Source of the DNA: Gemmatimonadota bacterium
GTDB taxonomy: Bacteria; Gemmatimonadota; Gemmatimonadetes; Gemmatimonadales; GWC2-71-9
Reading direction: 5' to 3'
DNA: 64,000 nucleotides
NCBI GenBank assembly: GCA_036679645.1
Contig: JAZDCY010000016.1
Span: forward strand, 1 to 64,000
Shown: one piece after another, positions 21,085-31,079 of the stretch
Layout: each line of letters opens with the position of its first letter
Numbering within the stretch: the first letter of the stretch is position 1
Position numbers and translations under genes: made by a program
Notes under the pieces: generated by a model
Database searches by the model: none
What the model saw: only the letters and a program-made list of their open reading frames with translations
Told to the model about the DNA's origin: nothing

Positions 21085-21989
21085 GCCGGCGCCTCCTGCT
21101 GATCACGAATCCGGTAGCTGCCCGCACGAGCCCGGCCGTCGTGCGCACCGTGACGCGGGTGCTCGCGGCTGAGGGCTGGGATGTCGAGGTCGCCGGCACA
21201 ACCGGACCCGGTCACGCGGGCGAACTCGCGGAGGCCGCCGTTGCCGACGGTGTGGAGCGGATTGCGGTGTACGGTGGTGACGGTACAACCATGCAGGCCG
21301 TGCGCGGCATGTTGGAGCACGGTGTCGATCTCGCGGTGGGGCTGATCCCCGGAGGCACCGGCAATCTGCTCGCGGGCAACCTGCGGCTTCCGCGACACCC
21401 CGCCAAGGCGGCGCGGATCGTGGCACGAGGCGTTACCCGCGCGATCGATCTGGGCCGCATGCAGCGCGAAGATGGTGTGCGCTACTTCGCCGTCGCGTGC
21501 GGGGCGGGGTTTGACGCACATCTGATGGCGAGTACCACCAGTCGTGCCAAGCGGCGCTGGAAAATGGGAGCATACTTCGCGAGAGCGTGGCAGTCCCGCG
21601 ACGAGCTCCGCAACGTAGACTACCGCATCACCGTGGACGGCAACCTGATCGAAGGTGATGCGGCCACCGTCATGGTTGCGAACTGTGGCGAGTTCATCCC
21701 GCCGTTTGTCCGTTTCCGGCAGCGTGCGACTTTCGACGATGGTCTCTTCGATGTCGTGATGCTGCGTGCCAGCGGATTGCGCAAGACGCTTGGCGTGATG
21801 TGGTCGCTCTTCCGGGGCGTGGACAAAGACCAGGAGAACATCCGCTACGCGCGCGGTAAGGTCGTGACGGTCGAGATGGACCCGGTGCGGCCCGTGCAGT
21901 TCGACGGCGAGGCGGCGGGGGAGACGCCGTTTACCGCTGAACTGCTTCCGGGCGCGCTCAAGGTGCTCGTGCCGGCCGCGGGAGCGTAA
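21081..21989 (+). CDS. Diacylglycerol kinase-family lipid kinase (YegS-like)
   Basis: NPVA, GGDGT, PGGTGNLLA and DGE motifs. Confidence 0.9.
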   Translation: MSRRLLLITNPVAARTSPAVVRTVTRVLAAEGWDVEVAGTTGPGHAGELAEAAVADGVERIAVYGGDGTTMQAVRGMLEHGVDLAVGLIPGGTGNLLAGNLRLPRHPAKAARIVARGVTRAIDLGRMQREDGVRYFAVACGAGFDAHLMASTTSRAKRRWKMGAYFARAWQSRDELRNVDYRITVDGNLIEGDAATVMVANCGEFIPPFVRFRQRATFDDGLFDVVMLRASGLRKTLGVMWSLFRGVDKDQENIRYARGKVVTVEMDPVRPVQFDGEAAGETPFTAELLPGALKVLVPAAGA

Positions 21990-21990
21990 C

Positions 21991-22090
21991 GATTGCAGAG
22001 TGCAGAGTGCAGAGTGCAGATTACAGAACGACTGATAGTGGCGAGCCTTCAATCGGCAATCGCCAATCGCTGATCTCAGATCGCTAATCG
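21991..22090. repeat. Heptamer tandem repeats (GAGTGCA)n and (CAATCGC)n
   Basis: Five GA(G/T)T(G/A)CA units, then about six CAATCGC-like units. Confidence 0.75.
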
Positions 22091-22127
22091 ATTTGGGGGC
22101 TTGAGGGTGACTTCCGAAACCGATGCC

Positions 22128-22277
22128 ATGATCTGCCGCGCCTGCGGCAACGAAGAGCGGGCCTCCGAGGGGTATCCGTGCGCAGATTGCGAGACGTTCA
22201 TCTGTCTCATCTGCTCTTTCCGCGGTGTGACCGTGTGCAAGGCATGCGCGGAAAAGCGTGGTGCCACGGGTTCATGA
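22128..22277 (+). CDS. 49-aa zinc-finger-like protein with four CxxC motifs
   Basis: MICRACGNEERASEGYPCADCETFICLICSFRGVTVCKACAEKRGATGS; ATGA overlap with the next gene. Confidence 0.75.
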   Translation: MICRACGNEERASEGYPCADCETFICLICSFRGVTVCKACAEKRGATGS

Positions 22278-22966
22278 AGAAGCTCGTGCTCTTTGACGTG
22301 GATGGGACCCTGATCGCTACCCGGGGCGCGGGGCGTCGGGCCATCCAATCCGCGCTCCTCGAGGAGATCGGGGTCGAAGGGCCGTTGGACGGCGTACGGT
22401 TTGACGGCAAGACCGACCCACAGATCGTGCGCGAGCTGCTGAAGGTGGCGCGGCATCCCGAAGACGAATGGACGTCGCTGATTACCGAGATCTGCGAGCA
22501 CTATCTCGAGCTCCTGGCTACCGAACTCGATGAGGGACCGGCCCCCCGCGTCTATCCGGGCGTGCACCGGTTGCTCGACGCGCTCGAGGACCGGAGTGAC
22601 ACCGTCGTTGGCCTGCTCACCGGGAACCTCGCTCGCGGTGCACGACTCAAGCTGAACGCGGCGGGCATCTTGTTCGAACGCTTTCGCATCGGTGCGTTCG
22701 GCTCCGATCACCACGAGCGCGCAGAGCTACCCGCCGTAGCAGTGGAGCGCGCGGCGACGGTGATGGGCAACGTGCCCGATGGCAACGACGTGGTCATTAT
22801 TGGTGACACGCCCGCCGACATGACCTGTGGTCGGGGGATCGGTGCACGGGCCATCGGGGTCGCCACCGGTACGTACACTACCGACGAATTGCTCGACGCC
22901 GGCGGATATACCGCCGTCCCGGATTTCGCGGATCCGGAGCCGGTGCTCGCGGCGATCTATGCATGA
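22274..22966 (+). CDS. HAD-family hydrolase
   Basis: FDVDGTL, TGN and IGDTPAD motifs. Confidence 0.9.
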   Translation: MKKLVLFDVDGTLIATRGAGRRAIQSALLEEIGVEGPLDGVRFDGKTDPQIVRELLKVARHPEDEWTSLITEICEHYLELLATELDEGPAPRVYPGVHRLLDALEDRSDTVVGLLTGNLARGARLKLNAAGILFERFRIGAFGSDHHERAELPAVAVERAATVMGNVPDGNDVVIIGDTPADMTCGRGIGARAIGVATGTYTTDELLDAGGYTAVPDFADPEPVLAAIYA

Positions 22967-23700
22967 CCAGTTCGAAGCTCCTCGTTCCGCTCCGTGTTCC
23001 TGAACTCGGGCCCGCACTCGGGAAGCTGATTACCGGGTCGGGCCGGACCGCGGGTCCGCTTCCGCTAAACCGCGTCCGCCGCCGCATCGTGGGCCGTCTG
23101 ATCGATGCGGCGGGAGAGGCACGCCGACTCGCCGCGAAGGAAGAGCGCGGAGCTGCGCTCGCAGCCGTGAGCCCGCAGGTGTGGCTCGATACCTGGGAAG
23201 AAGCGGTGGGGGCGGTCTCCGGCGCACTTGCCGACTACGTCGACGGTCGTCTGGATGCTGAAGCCGTCGCGGTGCGCATGTCGGGACGAGCGCGGCGCGA
23301 CCTACCGCTCGATGCCTCGGAGAGACGGGCGCTGGCCGGCCGATTGGGCGCCGCCGGTGCCGCGCTCGTCTCGGCGCTCGATGCCATCGAGTTGCACGCG
23401 GGACGGCTGCTCGATGCAACTGTGCGCGACCGACAAGAACTCGACGCGTGGCAGAGCGCGCTCGCCTTGGCGGCGCGGCGGCTGGAAGCGGCGTGGCTCG
23501 CGTTGGAGGATCAGGTCACAATCGAGCTTGCCCAATGGGAGGCAGTGGCGGAGCGCGTGGCCCAGTGGCGCCGTTCCTGGTGGCCGGTCGCTGCCGTGGG
23601 CCTGCCGGTCTTTGTCGCCGCGCTGTGGCTCGGCCTGATCCTCGGTGGATACGTTGCGTCGCCGCGATGGCTCGAGAGTCTCTGGCAGCTCGTGTCGTGA
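22963..23700 (+). CDS. Hypothetical helical protein with a C-terminal TM segment
   Basis: Start and stop overlap both neighbours in the operon. Confidence 0.7.
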   Translation: MTSSKLLVPLRVPELGPALGKLITGSGRTAGPLPLNRVRRRIVGRLIDAAGEARRLAAKEERGAALAAVSPQVWLDTWEEAVGAVSGALADYVDGRLDAEAVAVRMSGRARRDLPLDASERRALAGRLGAAGAALVSALDAIELHAGRLLDATVRDRQELDAWQSALALAARRLEAAWLALEDQVTIELAQWEAVAERVAQWRRSWWPVAAVGLPVFVAALWLGLILGGYVASPRWLESLWQLVS

Positions 23701-25844
23701 CGCGCGCCGGCTGGGTTGCGAGTGCGTTGTTGACGGCGGGGATTGCGGGTCCGGCCACCGCGCAACAACTCGCGGTGACGGAAGTACGCATCGACTCGAT
23801 CGGTTCGCTCACCGAGTTGGCGCGAGCCGGATTCGAGGTCGCATCCGTCCGTACCGTGTCCGGCATCGATTATGCCTTGGTCGTGACCACGGCGATGCAG
23901 CGTGCGGACCTCGGGATCCGCGGGTTCGCATTGCGTCTCGAGCCGGTGGTGCCTGCGCAGTCACCACAAGTCTTCCGCACTCCGTCACGGATCGATTCGC
24001 TCCTCACGTCACTTGCAGCAACGCGTGCGAACGTGTTCGTCGACACGATCGGGCAGTCGTACGAAGGCCGCCCTATTGTCGCGGTCAAGATCGGCACGCC
24101 CGACGACGCCGGCTCCCGCCCCAACGCGCTGTTCATTGCCACGCATCACGCGCGGGAGTGGATCTCGACCGAGATGGCGCTGCGTCTCGTCGTGTGGCTC
24201 GCCGATTCCCTCGCCGCCGTGCCCGGTGGCCAAGCGCTGCTCGATAGCCGCGACATCTGGGTGGTCCCCGTACTCAACCCGGATGGCTATGCCCAGACAT
24301 TCACTACGGAACGGCTCTGGCGGAAGAACCGGCGGCCCAACGCGGACGGTACAGTGGGTGTCGATCTCAACCGTAACTACCCGGCTTTCTGGGGACGGGA
24401 CGAGATTGGATCGAGCAATGTCCCCGGTGCGGAGACGTTCCGCGGCACCGGACCGGCGTCTGAACCCGAAGTGGCGGCGATGATTGGTTTTCACGTGCGC
24501 CACCCGCCCGATGTCGCAATCTCGTATCACAGTTATACCGACCTGGTGCTTTATCCCTACGGGCACGCGTCGGGGGTGCTGGCACCGGACGAGACGATCT
24601 TCCGCGCGCTTGCCGGCAACGGCCTGTCCCCGTCGATCATCGATCGGCTTCCCGAAGCGGCGCGCGCGTTTTATCACGCGGGTCCGTCGTGGCAGCTCTA
24701 TCCCACGAACGGCGAATACACCGAGTGGGCGTACCGCGCGCATGGGACCATTGCCTTCACGGTAGAGTTGACCTCGGGATGCTGCGTGGGTGGTGCCGCG
24801 TACGGCTTCGAGTTTCCCGATGACTCGACCGCCGTCGCTCGCGTATTCGCCGATAATCTGCCCTTTGCACTCGCGCTCCTCGACGCGGCGGGCGACCTCG
24901 AGGCCGCTCGCGGGCCCGGTGGTGGGATGGTCGGTGGACCAGCAGTAGAGACGCTGTGGCCCAGCCTGCGGATCGTGGGCCCGCCCAGATCGGCAACGCT
25001 ACCGGTTGTCCTGCGCGTGGCGTTTGACGAAACAATCGTCGGCGCGCGAGCAGACTCGCTGAATAGGGGACGCGCCAGGTGGCGCTGGCAGGCCCCGACC
25101 AATGATCTGCAGCTCGGATCGGAGATCGGCGTGCCTGCCTTTGGACTGCGCACGTCCCTGATCCACCGTGAGGGTGCCGAAGACAGCCTCACGGCGTGGA
25201 CCGGTTGGCGGCGGGACTCCACCCTCGCCTTCGAGGGACGCTTCGCATGGTTGAGTGAACGGGACACGCTGACGTCACCGGTGCTCGATCTCTCTGCCAT
25301 GACCGATCCCCATCTCGCTTTCTGGACACGTCACGCTGGCTCGCTCTTTCTGCCCGACCGCCGCGGGCGGGTCGAGTTCTCCTCCGACGCGGGGACGACC
25401 TGGACTCCGGTGGCTCTGATCGAGGGCGCCGGCGGCGACTGGTATCCGGTTCGCGTGTCGCTCCCCGAACCCGCCCAGCGCGCTCGCGTGCGGTTCATTG
25501 CGGAGAACATGTCCTGGCTCATCGACGGGCTGCATCTCTTCGGCACGCTACCGCAGGTCCGACCGGTCGCGCCGGCCAGCGTCGTGTCCGTCTCCGAGAA
25601 TCCGGTGCGCTCCGACCGAGTCTTCCTCTCCTGGGCGCCGGTCGGGGGCCAGGCGAGGGTGAGCCTCCTGACGTTTACCGGCGAGTTGGTCTTTCGGGCG
25701 ACCGTGCCGGCGCAGGACGGACGGGTGTCGTGGGACCTGACGAACCGGAATGGGGTCCCGGTGAGCGACGGTGCGTACGTCGTGGTCGTCGAGCTATCAA
25801 CCGAGATCCTGCGGCGACGTCTTTTCGTGGCACGCGGACGATGA
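23697..25844 (+). CDS. Secreted M14 zinc carboxypeptidase with a C-terminal FlgD-Ig/T9SS-CTD-like domain
   Basis: HHAREW, NPDG, RKNRR, GVDLNRN and YHSY motifs; C-terminal ENPVR...WDLTN..G..V..GAY. Confidence 0.85.
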   Translation: MTRAGWVASALLTAGIAGPATAQQLAVTEVRIDSIGSLTELARAGFEVASVRTVSGIDYALVVTTAMQRADLGIRGFALRLEPVVPAQSPQVFRTPSRIDSLLTSLAATRANVFVDTIGQSYEGRPIVAVKIGTPDDAGSRPNALFIATHHAREWISTEMALRLVVWLADSLAAVPGGQALLDSRDIWVVPVLNPDGYAQTFTTERLWRKNRRPNADGTVGVDLNRNYPAFWGRDEIGSSNVPGAETFRGTGPASEPEVAAMIGFHVRHPPDVAISYHSYTDLVLYPYGHASGVLAPDETIFRALAGNGLSPSIIDRLPEAARAFYHAGPSWQLYPTNGEYTEWAYRAHGTIAFTVELTSGCCVGGAAYGFEFPDDSTAVARVFADNLPFALALLDAAGDLEAARGPGGGMVGGPAVETLWPSLRIVGPPRSATLPVVLRVAFDETIVGARADSLNRGRARWRWQAPTNDLQLGSEIGVPAFGLRTSLIHREGAEDSLTAWTGWRRDSTLAFEGRFAWLSERDTLTSPVLDLSAMTDPHLAFWTRHAGSLFLPDRRGRVEFSSDAGTTWTPVALIEGAGGDWYPVRVSLPEPAQRARVRFIAENMSWLIDGLHLFGTLPQVRPVAPASVVSVSENPVRSDRVFLSWAPVGGQARVSLLTFTGELVFRATVPAQDGRVSWDLTNRNGVPVSDGAYVVVVELSTEILRRRLFVARGR

Positions 25845-26221
25845 CCGTTCTTGCGGTCGGTATCGATCTGGTGACCGTGGCGCGTATCGAGCGTATGCTC
25901 GAACGGCATAGTGACCGGGCGCTTCAGCGTCTGCTGACCGACGCGGAGCGCGAGTACTGTCTCGGGATGGCGGTTCCGGCGCGGCACGTGGCGGCACGCG
26001 TAGCAGCGAAGGAGGCGGTCTACAAAGCCCTGCAAGGGACCGAAGACGCACGCGGGATTGGGTGGCGTGAGATCGAGGTTGTGCGGGACTGGGATGGCCG
26101 GCCCACCGTGCGGCTCAGCGGCCGGGCCCAGCAGCGATTCGAGGCCATGGGAGCCACGGGCGTGCTTCTCTCCCTCACCCACACAGACGACATCGCCGCG
26201 GCCATGGCGCTGGTGCGGTGA
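25841..26221 (+). CDS. acpS: Holo-ACP synthase
   Basis: GIDLV, AAKEAVYKAL and LSLTH motifs. Confidence 0.92.
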   Translation: MTVLAVGIDLVTVARIERMLERHSDRALQRLLTDAEREYCLGMAVPARHVAARVAAKEAVYKALQGTEDARGIGWREIEVVRDWDGRPTVRLSGRAQQRFEAMGATGVLLSLTHTDDIAAAMALVR

Positions 26222-26276
26222 TCGACAGCCGTTGCCAGCCGGGTCGGAGCCCTCTAGAATTGCTCTGGTAATCGCT

Positions 26277-28289
26277 ATGCGAATCAGGGGTATCGAGGCT
26301 CGTTTCCGGCCGCCATTGGCGGCCGTTCTGTTCGCGGCATTGTGGCTGCCGGCGAGCGCATCGGCGCAATCCGATGCGGCCAGCCTAGCACGCCGCATCG
26401 CGGCAATCGTGTCGATTGCGGCAGATGAGTACGCGCTTGGCGTGGCCGACGGACGCGTGATCTCGGCGGCCGAGCTGGATGAGGCGCGGCTCTTTCTGGA
26501 TGAGGCGTTGGAGGCGGCCGTGGAGCTTCCCGACCCGGCTCGCTCGGCGGCGGTGCCTCAGGTACAGGCCCTGGTCGAGATCGTGGCTTCGCTGGGCTCG
26601 CCCGCGGACCTGCGGGCGGGGCTTGCGGTGCTGCGCACACGACTGGCAATCGTCATTGGCGTGCCGCTCGATCCCATGCCACGCAGCCCGCCCTCCCTTG
26701 CCCGCGGCGCGCAGCTCTTCGAGGCCAACTGCACGAAGTGTCATGGCGATCGAGGTGCGGGCGACGGTCCACGTGCCGCTGAGCTGGATCCTCACCCAGC
26801 GGACCTGACCGATCGGTCTGCGCTGAGTGGGTCGAGCCCGCTCGATTTCTACCGCAAGGTGACCTTCGGAGTTGCCGGGACGGACATGTCGGCCTTCGAG
26901 GAGGGGCTCACGCTCGAGGAACGGTGGGCGGTGGCACTCTACACCTCCAGCCTGCGCCACGCGGACGAAGATCGCGCGGCCGGGGAGCGCTGGTTCGCCG
27001 AGGCGTGTGATTCCTGCCGTCTCTGGATTTCCGATTTCCAGCAAACCGCTGGACTGACCGACGACTCGCTTGCCGCGCTCGTGGCCGCGGTCGCTCCGCC
27101 GCCGCCGCCGGAAGCCGTGGGGTTCGCCCGCACCGCGGCAAGCGCGGATCTGCTGGGTGGCGACCGAGGTCTCGCGGCGCAGCGGGTTGCGCGGAGTGTG
27201 ACCCTGGGTGTCGACGAAGCGGTGGCGCTTTCACTTGCTGGTGACGGGCGTGCCGCCGTGCGCCGCGCCGTCGGGGCATACCTCCAGTTCGAACAGGTCG
27301 AGAGCGCGGTGGCCGCCAGAAACGCGGGCGCGGCGCGCGGCGTCGAGCGGGCCTTTGCGGAACTGCGTTCCGCTCTAGTGGCGGGAAACGCCGACCGTAT
27401 TGTGGCGGCGCGCGCTCAGATCGACATCTCGCTCCAGCGCGCGGTCGAGGTGCTGTCCGCGGCGTCTTCGCCCGCGCTGCTGTTCGGTCAGTCGCTCCTC
27501 ATCATTCTCCGCGAGGGGCTCGAGGCCATGCTCATTGTAGCGGCACTCGCGGCGTTCGTCGTAAAGGCGGGAGCGCGCCGACGGTTGCGGGAGATCACCG
27601 GTGGCGTGGTCGTGGCCCTCGTGGCCAGCGTGCTAACCGCGGCCGCGCTGGTGTCGATCTGGCGCCTGTCTGCTGCGCACCGCGAGGTACTCGAGGGTGT
27701 CAACATGCTGCTCGCCTCGGCGGTGCTGTTCGTCGTTGCGTCGTGGCTCGTGTCCAAGGTCGAGAGCGAGAAATGGAAGAAGTACGTAAGGCGGCAGATG
27801 AGCATCGCCCTTTCGGGCGGGGGTGCGCTCGCGTTGGCCGGCGTGTCGTTCCTGGCTGTTTATCGCGAGGGGTTCGAGACGGTGTTGTTCTACGGCGCGC
27901 TCTTTGGCACGGCCGAGGACGCGTTGGGAATGGCGGGGATCGTCACCGGGCTCGGGGTGGGACTCGTACTGCTGGTGGGGCTGTACGTCGCTATTCAGCG
28001 GTACGGCATGCACATCCCGCTGCGCCCGTTCTTTGCGATCACGGGCATCATGTTGACAGTCCTTTCAGTCAGTTTCGCCGGACAGGGTGTCGCCGAGCTG
28101 CAGGCCGCGGGGTGGATGCCCTCGACGCCCATCAACCTTCCGTCCCTTCCGGCGCTCGGGGTGTTTCCAACCGTGCAGACGTGGCTTGCGCAGCTTCTCC
28201 TGGCGGGCGCCTTCGCCGTGGCCCTCGCGTGGATTTTTCTGGTCAGCCCGCGATTTGCGGCTTCAGCGCTCCCTCGGCGGCAACAGTAG
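26277..28289 (+). CDS. Cytochrome c / FTR1 iron permease fusion
   Basis: CTKCH heme-binding motif; REGLE and REGFE motifs. Confidence 0.88.
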   Translation: MRIRGIEARFRPPLAAVLFAALWLPASASAQSDAASLARRIAAIVSIAADEYALGVADGRVISAAELDEARLFLDEALEAAVELPDPARSAAVPQVQALVEIVASLGSPADLRAGLAVLRTRLAIVIGVPLDPMPRSPPSLARGAQLFEANCTKCHGDRGAGDGPRAAELDPHPADLTDRSALSGSSPLDFYRKVTFGVAGTDMSAFEEGLTLEERWAVALYTSSLRHADEDRAAGERWFAEACDSCRLWISDFQQTAGLTDDSLAALVAAVAPPPPPEAVGFARTAASADLLGGDRGLAAQRVARSVTLGVDEAVALSLAGDGRAAVRRAVGAYLQFEQVESAVAARNAGAARGVERAFAELRSALVAGNADRIVAARAQIDISLQRAVEVLSAASSPALLFGQSLLIILREGLEAMLIVAALAAFVVKAGARRRLREITGGVVVALVASVLTAAALVSIWRLSAAHREVLEGVNMLLASAVLFVVASWLVSKVESEKWKKYVRRQMSIALSGGGALALAGVSFLAVYREGFETVLFYGALFGTAEDALGMAGIVTGLGVGLVLLVGLYVAIQRYGMHIPLRPFFAITGIMLTVLSVSFAGQGVAELQAAGWMPSTPINLPSLPALGVFPTVQTWLAQLLLAGAFAVALAWIFLVSPRFAASALPRRQQ

Positions 28290-29076
28290 CTCCCTCCGCG
28301 CGACGCCACCACGTCAGGAGCGACACACCGATCACAAGCACGATCACGCTCGTGAGCTGGGCGACCGTGAAGGTACCGAGTAGACGATCGTCCTTGGCAC
28401 GGATGAACTCCACCAGAAAACGTTCGACGCCCACGAGGACGAGGTAGAGTCCGAAGAGCCACCCCGCAGCGTGTTGGTGGCTGCGACTCCGATAGAGCAG
28501 CCAGAACATGAAGAGGAGTGCTGTCACCTCATAGAGCTGGGTGGGATGAACGGCGAGTACCTCAAAGGGTGTGACACCGGCGGGGACGTCTACCCCGAGG
28601 CGCGCCAGATCCTGCGCGGTTGTCGGCGGGGTCCCTTCGGGAAACCGCATGCCCCAGGGGAGCGCCGTGGGGATGCCATAGTCGTCCTGCACCAGGAAGC
28701 AGCCTACCCGTCCGAGTGCGTGACCCAGGGCCAGCGCCGGCGCTGTCAGCTCCATTGTGAAGCGAGTCGGAATCCGTTTCCATAAGCCCTGCACCAACAC
28801 CGCGGTAAAACCCCCGGCAAATCCGCCGTACCAGACGAGTCCGCCACGTGATAAGAGGGCTCCGCCATTCAGCAAGACGTACCAGAGCTTCGCGCCGATG
28901 ATGCCGCCGACTACCGCGGCCACCACGATGTCCGCGGCGTATTCCTGATTCATTCCGCGGCGCGCCAGTTCGCGCTGCATCGCCCATCCGGATACCAGGA
29001 AGCTCGCCATCATCATGATGCCGAAGCCGGTGATCTCGAGCCCTAAGACGGTGAACGTGAGAGGGTAAACGGTCAT
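28243..29076 (-). CDS. lgt: Prolipoprotein diacylglyceryl transferase
   Basis: GGLVWYGG, GRVGCF and HPTQLYE motifs. Confidence 0.92.
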   Translation of the reverse strand: MTVYPLTFTVLGLEITGFGIMMMASFLVSGWAMQRELARRGMNQEYAADIVVAAVVGGIIGAKLWYVLLNGGALLSRGGLVWYGGFAGGFTAVLVQGLWKRIPTRFTMELTAPALALGHALGRVGCFLVQDDYGIPTALPWGMRFPEGTPPTTAQDLARLGVDVPAGVTPFEVLAVHPTQLYEVTALLFMFWLLYRSRSHQHAAGWLFGLYLVLVGVERFLVEFIRAKDDRLLGTFTVAQLTSVIVLVIGVSLLTWWRRAEGATVAAEGALKPQIAG

Positions 29077-29077
29077 G

Positions 29078-30148
29078 TCAGGTGTGGTGCTTCTGTTTGT
29101 GTGGCGTGGCGTGTGGATGCCGCTGGTCGAGCGGTTCTGTCGCGACGAGGCCCGGCCACGGCATCGACGCGTCGGCGTCGAGATACGGATCGATCGCCTC
29201 GCCTCGCCGCCAACGGTACCAGCCGGCGCGCGCGATCATCGCCGCGTTATCCATGTTCAGTCGCTGGCACGCGACGGCGATACGGGTGCCGCGCATACGA
29301 GCATTGAGTTGGTCGACGAGCGCGCGGTTGCACGCGACCCCGCCGCCCAACACGAGCATCTCGTATCCAGTCTGCTCGATTGCGCGTTGTGCCTTCGTAG
29401 CCAGGACGTCGATTACCGCTTCCTGGAACGATGCCGCGAGGTCCGCGCGATCGGCTTCCAACTGTTCGTTGGCGCGCACCGCGTAGAGTACCGCGGTCTT
29501 CAGTCCGGAGAAGGAGAACTCCAGCCCGGTATCGCGTAAGGGACGTGGGAAGTCAAAGCGGTCCCGGCCCTGGGCGGCGAGCCGCTCGATGGCGGGACCC
29601 CCGGGATAGCCGAGCCCCAGGAGTGCCGCGACCTTGTCGAACGCCTCGCCGGCGGCATCGTCGCGCGTTTCGCCGAGCAGGCAATACCGACCCCAGGCCG
29701 GCACGTCCAGCAAGACGGTATGTCCGCCGGAGACGATCAGCGCCACGAAGGGCGGCTCCAGAGTGGAATCCTCGAGCTTCGGCGCGAAAAGGTGACCCTC
29801 GAGGTGGTGCACGCCAATGACGGGCCTGTCGAGCGCCGCACCCAACGCCTTGGCATAACACACACCGACCAGCAGGGCACCGGCGAGCCCCGGACCGGCC
29901 GTGACCGCAATGGCGTCAACGGCGGAAAGTGGAAGGCCCGCCTGTTCCAGCGCGCGGTTCACGACGGGATCGAGTGTGCGGAGGTGGGCCCGACTGGCCA
30001 GTTCGGGTACGACCCCGCCGAAGATCTCATGGACGTCCTGGGAGAGGATCACGAGACCGGCGAGTTCAGGGCGATCGGCTTCGCCCACGAGCACGGCGGC
30101 GGATGTCTCGTCGCACGACGTCTCGATACCGAGGAGTACGTCAGCCAC
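29078..30148 (-). CDS. tsaD: tRNA threonylcarbamoyltransferase TsaD
   Basis: GIETSCDET, HHLEGH, SGGHT, DDAAGEAFDK and DNAAMI motifs. Confidence 0.95.
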   Translation of the reverse strand: MADVLLGIETSCDETSAAVLVGEADRPELAGLVILSQDVHEIFGGVVPELASRAHLRTLDPVVNRALEQAGLPLSAVDAIAVTAGPGLAGALLVGVCYAKALGAALDRPVIGVHHLEGHLFAPKLEDSTLEPPFVALIVSGGHTVLLDVPAWGRYCLLGETRDDAAGEAFDKVAALLGLGYPGGPAIERLAAQGRDRFDFPRPLRDTGLEFSFSGLKTAVLYAVRANEQLEADRADLAASFQEAVIDVLATKAQRAIEQTGYEMLVLGGGVACNRALVDQLNARMRGTRIAVACQRLNMDNAAMIARAGWYRWRRGEAIDPYLDADASMPWPGLVATEPLDQRHPHATPHKQKHHT

Positions 30149-31079
30149 CGGGACGGATCAGCACGACCGAATCGGGCGTCGCGGTGGCTGTGATCCCGGC
30201 GGGCGCGACGACGCGGGTCACAACCGTATCCGGTGCAGCGGCCCCGCTCGGGGTCGCGACAACGGAGACTGAGTCACGCGTGAGCCGTACCAGCCGGGCG
30301 CTGGGGCCGCGTACGGTCACGAGCACTGCCGGCGGATCCGCGATCCACACCGTGCCATCGCTCTGAACCGTGATCGGCACACCCATTAGTACGCGCTCCG
30401 CCACGAAAGCGACCTCCGCCGACACCTCGACCTCGCGCGGGGTAACTCGCGCGATACCCAACCGCGTGGTGTCGAGACTAACGACTCGGCGCACCGGTTC
30501 GGTAACACCCCTTAGTTCGAGCGGGAGGGTAGGCACCTCACGGATGGCTCGCACGGCCGATTCGGGGCCGCGGATCGTCACCGTGCTCGGCACGATCCCT
30601 ATGCCGCCCACGACCGTGTACCCGGCATCCGGAATTATTCGTACGCGCGGCCGCACGCGAACCGTGCGCTGGGATACGTCGTCGAGTGTCACGACAATAA
30701 CCCGCGGCTGCACTTCTTGTGGACGCACGTCGATGTCGCCCGAGGTCAGCAGGTCTTCGGGCAGCAACGTGAACTCGAACTGCTCCCCGCTCACGGTGTC
30801 CGGTACCGTCTTGCGGATGATGGGCCGTGTCGAGAACAACTTGAGCAGTTCACGCGTGGGGCCCGCATACGTCGCCTGTATCGTGGGCAGTGACTGATTG
30901 AGCGTTCGTCCCTCAGGGACCTCGACCACCAAATCGACCGGTACCTGTTGCGTGGTGGGTTGTTCGGCGGCGACCGCCGCCCAGAGAACGGCGGACAAGA
31001 CCAATGCCGTGATCTTGATGGGCCAGTTGGTCACGATGGCGCGACGTATCCGGCCGGCGATGCCGCTACTCCCCGGCAA
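30141..31079 (-). CDS. YbbR/CdaR-like protein (start uncertain)
   Basis: NWPIKITALVLSAVLW anchor; repeated P..VTIRGP-type domains. Confidence 0.75.
   Translation of the reverse strand: MPGSSGIAGRIRRAIVTNWPIKITALVLSAVLWAAVAAEQPTTQQVPVDLVVEVPEGRTLNQSLPTIQATYAGPTRELLKLFSTRPIIRKTVPDTVSGEQFEFTLLPEDLLTSGDIDVRPQEVQPRVIVVTLDDVSQRTVRVRPRVRIIPDAGYTVVGGIGIVPSTVTIRGPESAVRAIREVPTLPLELRGVTEPVRRVVSLDTTRLGIARVTPREVEVSAEVAFVAERVLMGVPITVQSDGTVWIADPPAVLVTVRGPSARLVRLTRDSVSVVATPSGAAAPDTVVTRVVAPAGITATATPDSVVLIRPGG

Noticed and set aside
28243..28289. 47-bp convergent overlap between the FTR1 fusion gene and lgt
   Set aside because: Short tail-to-tail overlaps are common and no further signal is evident.
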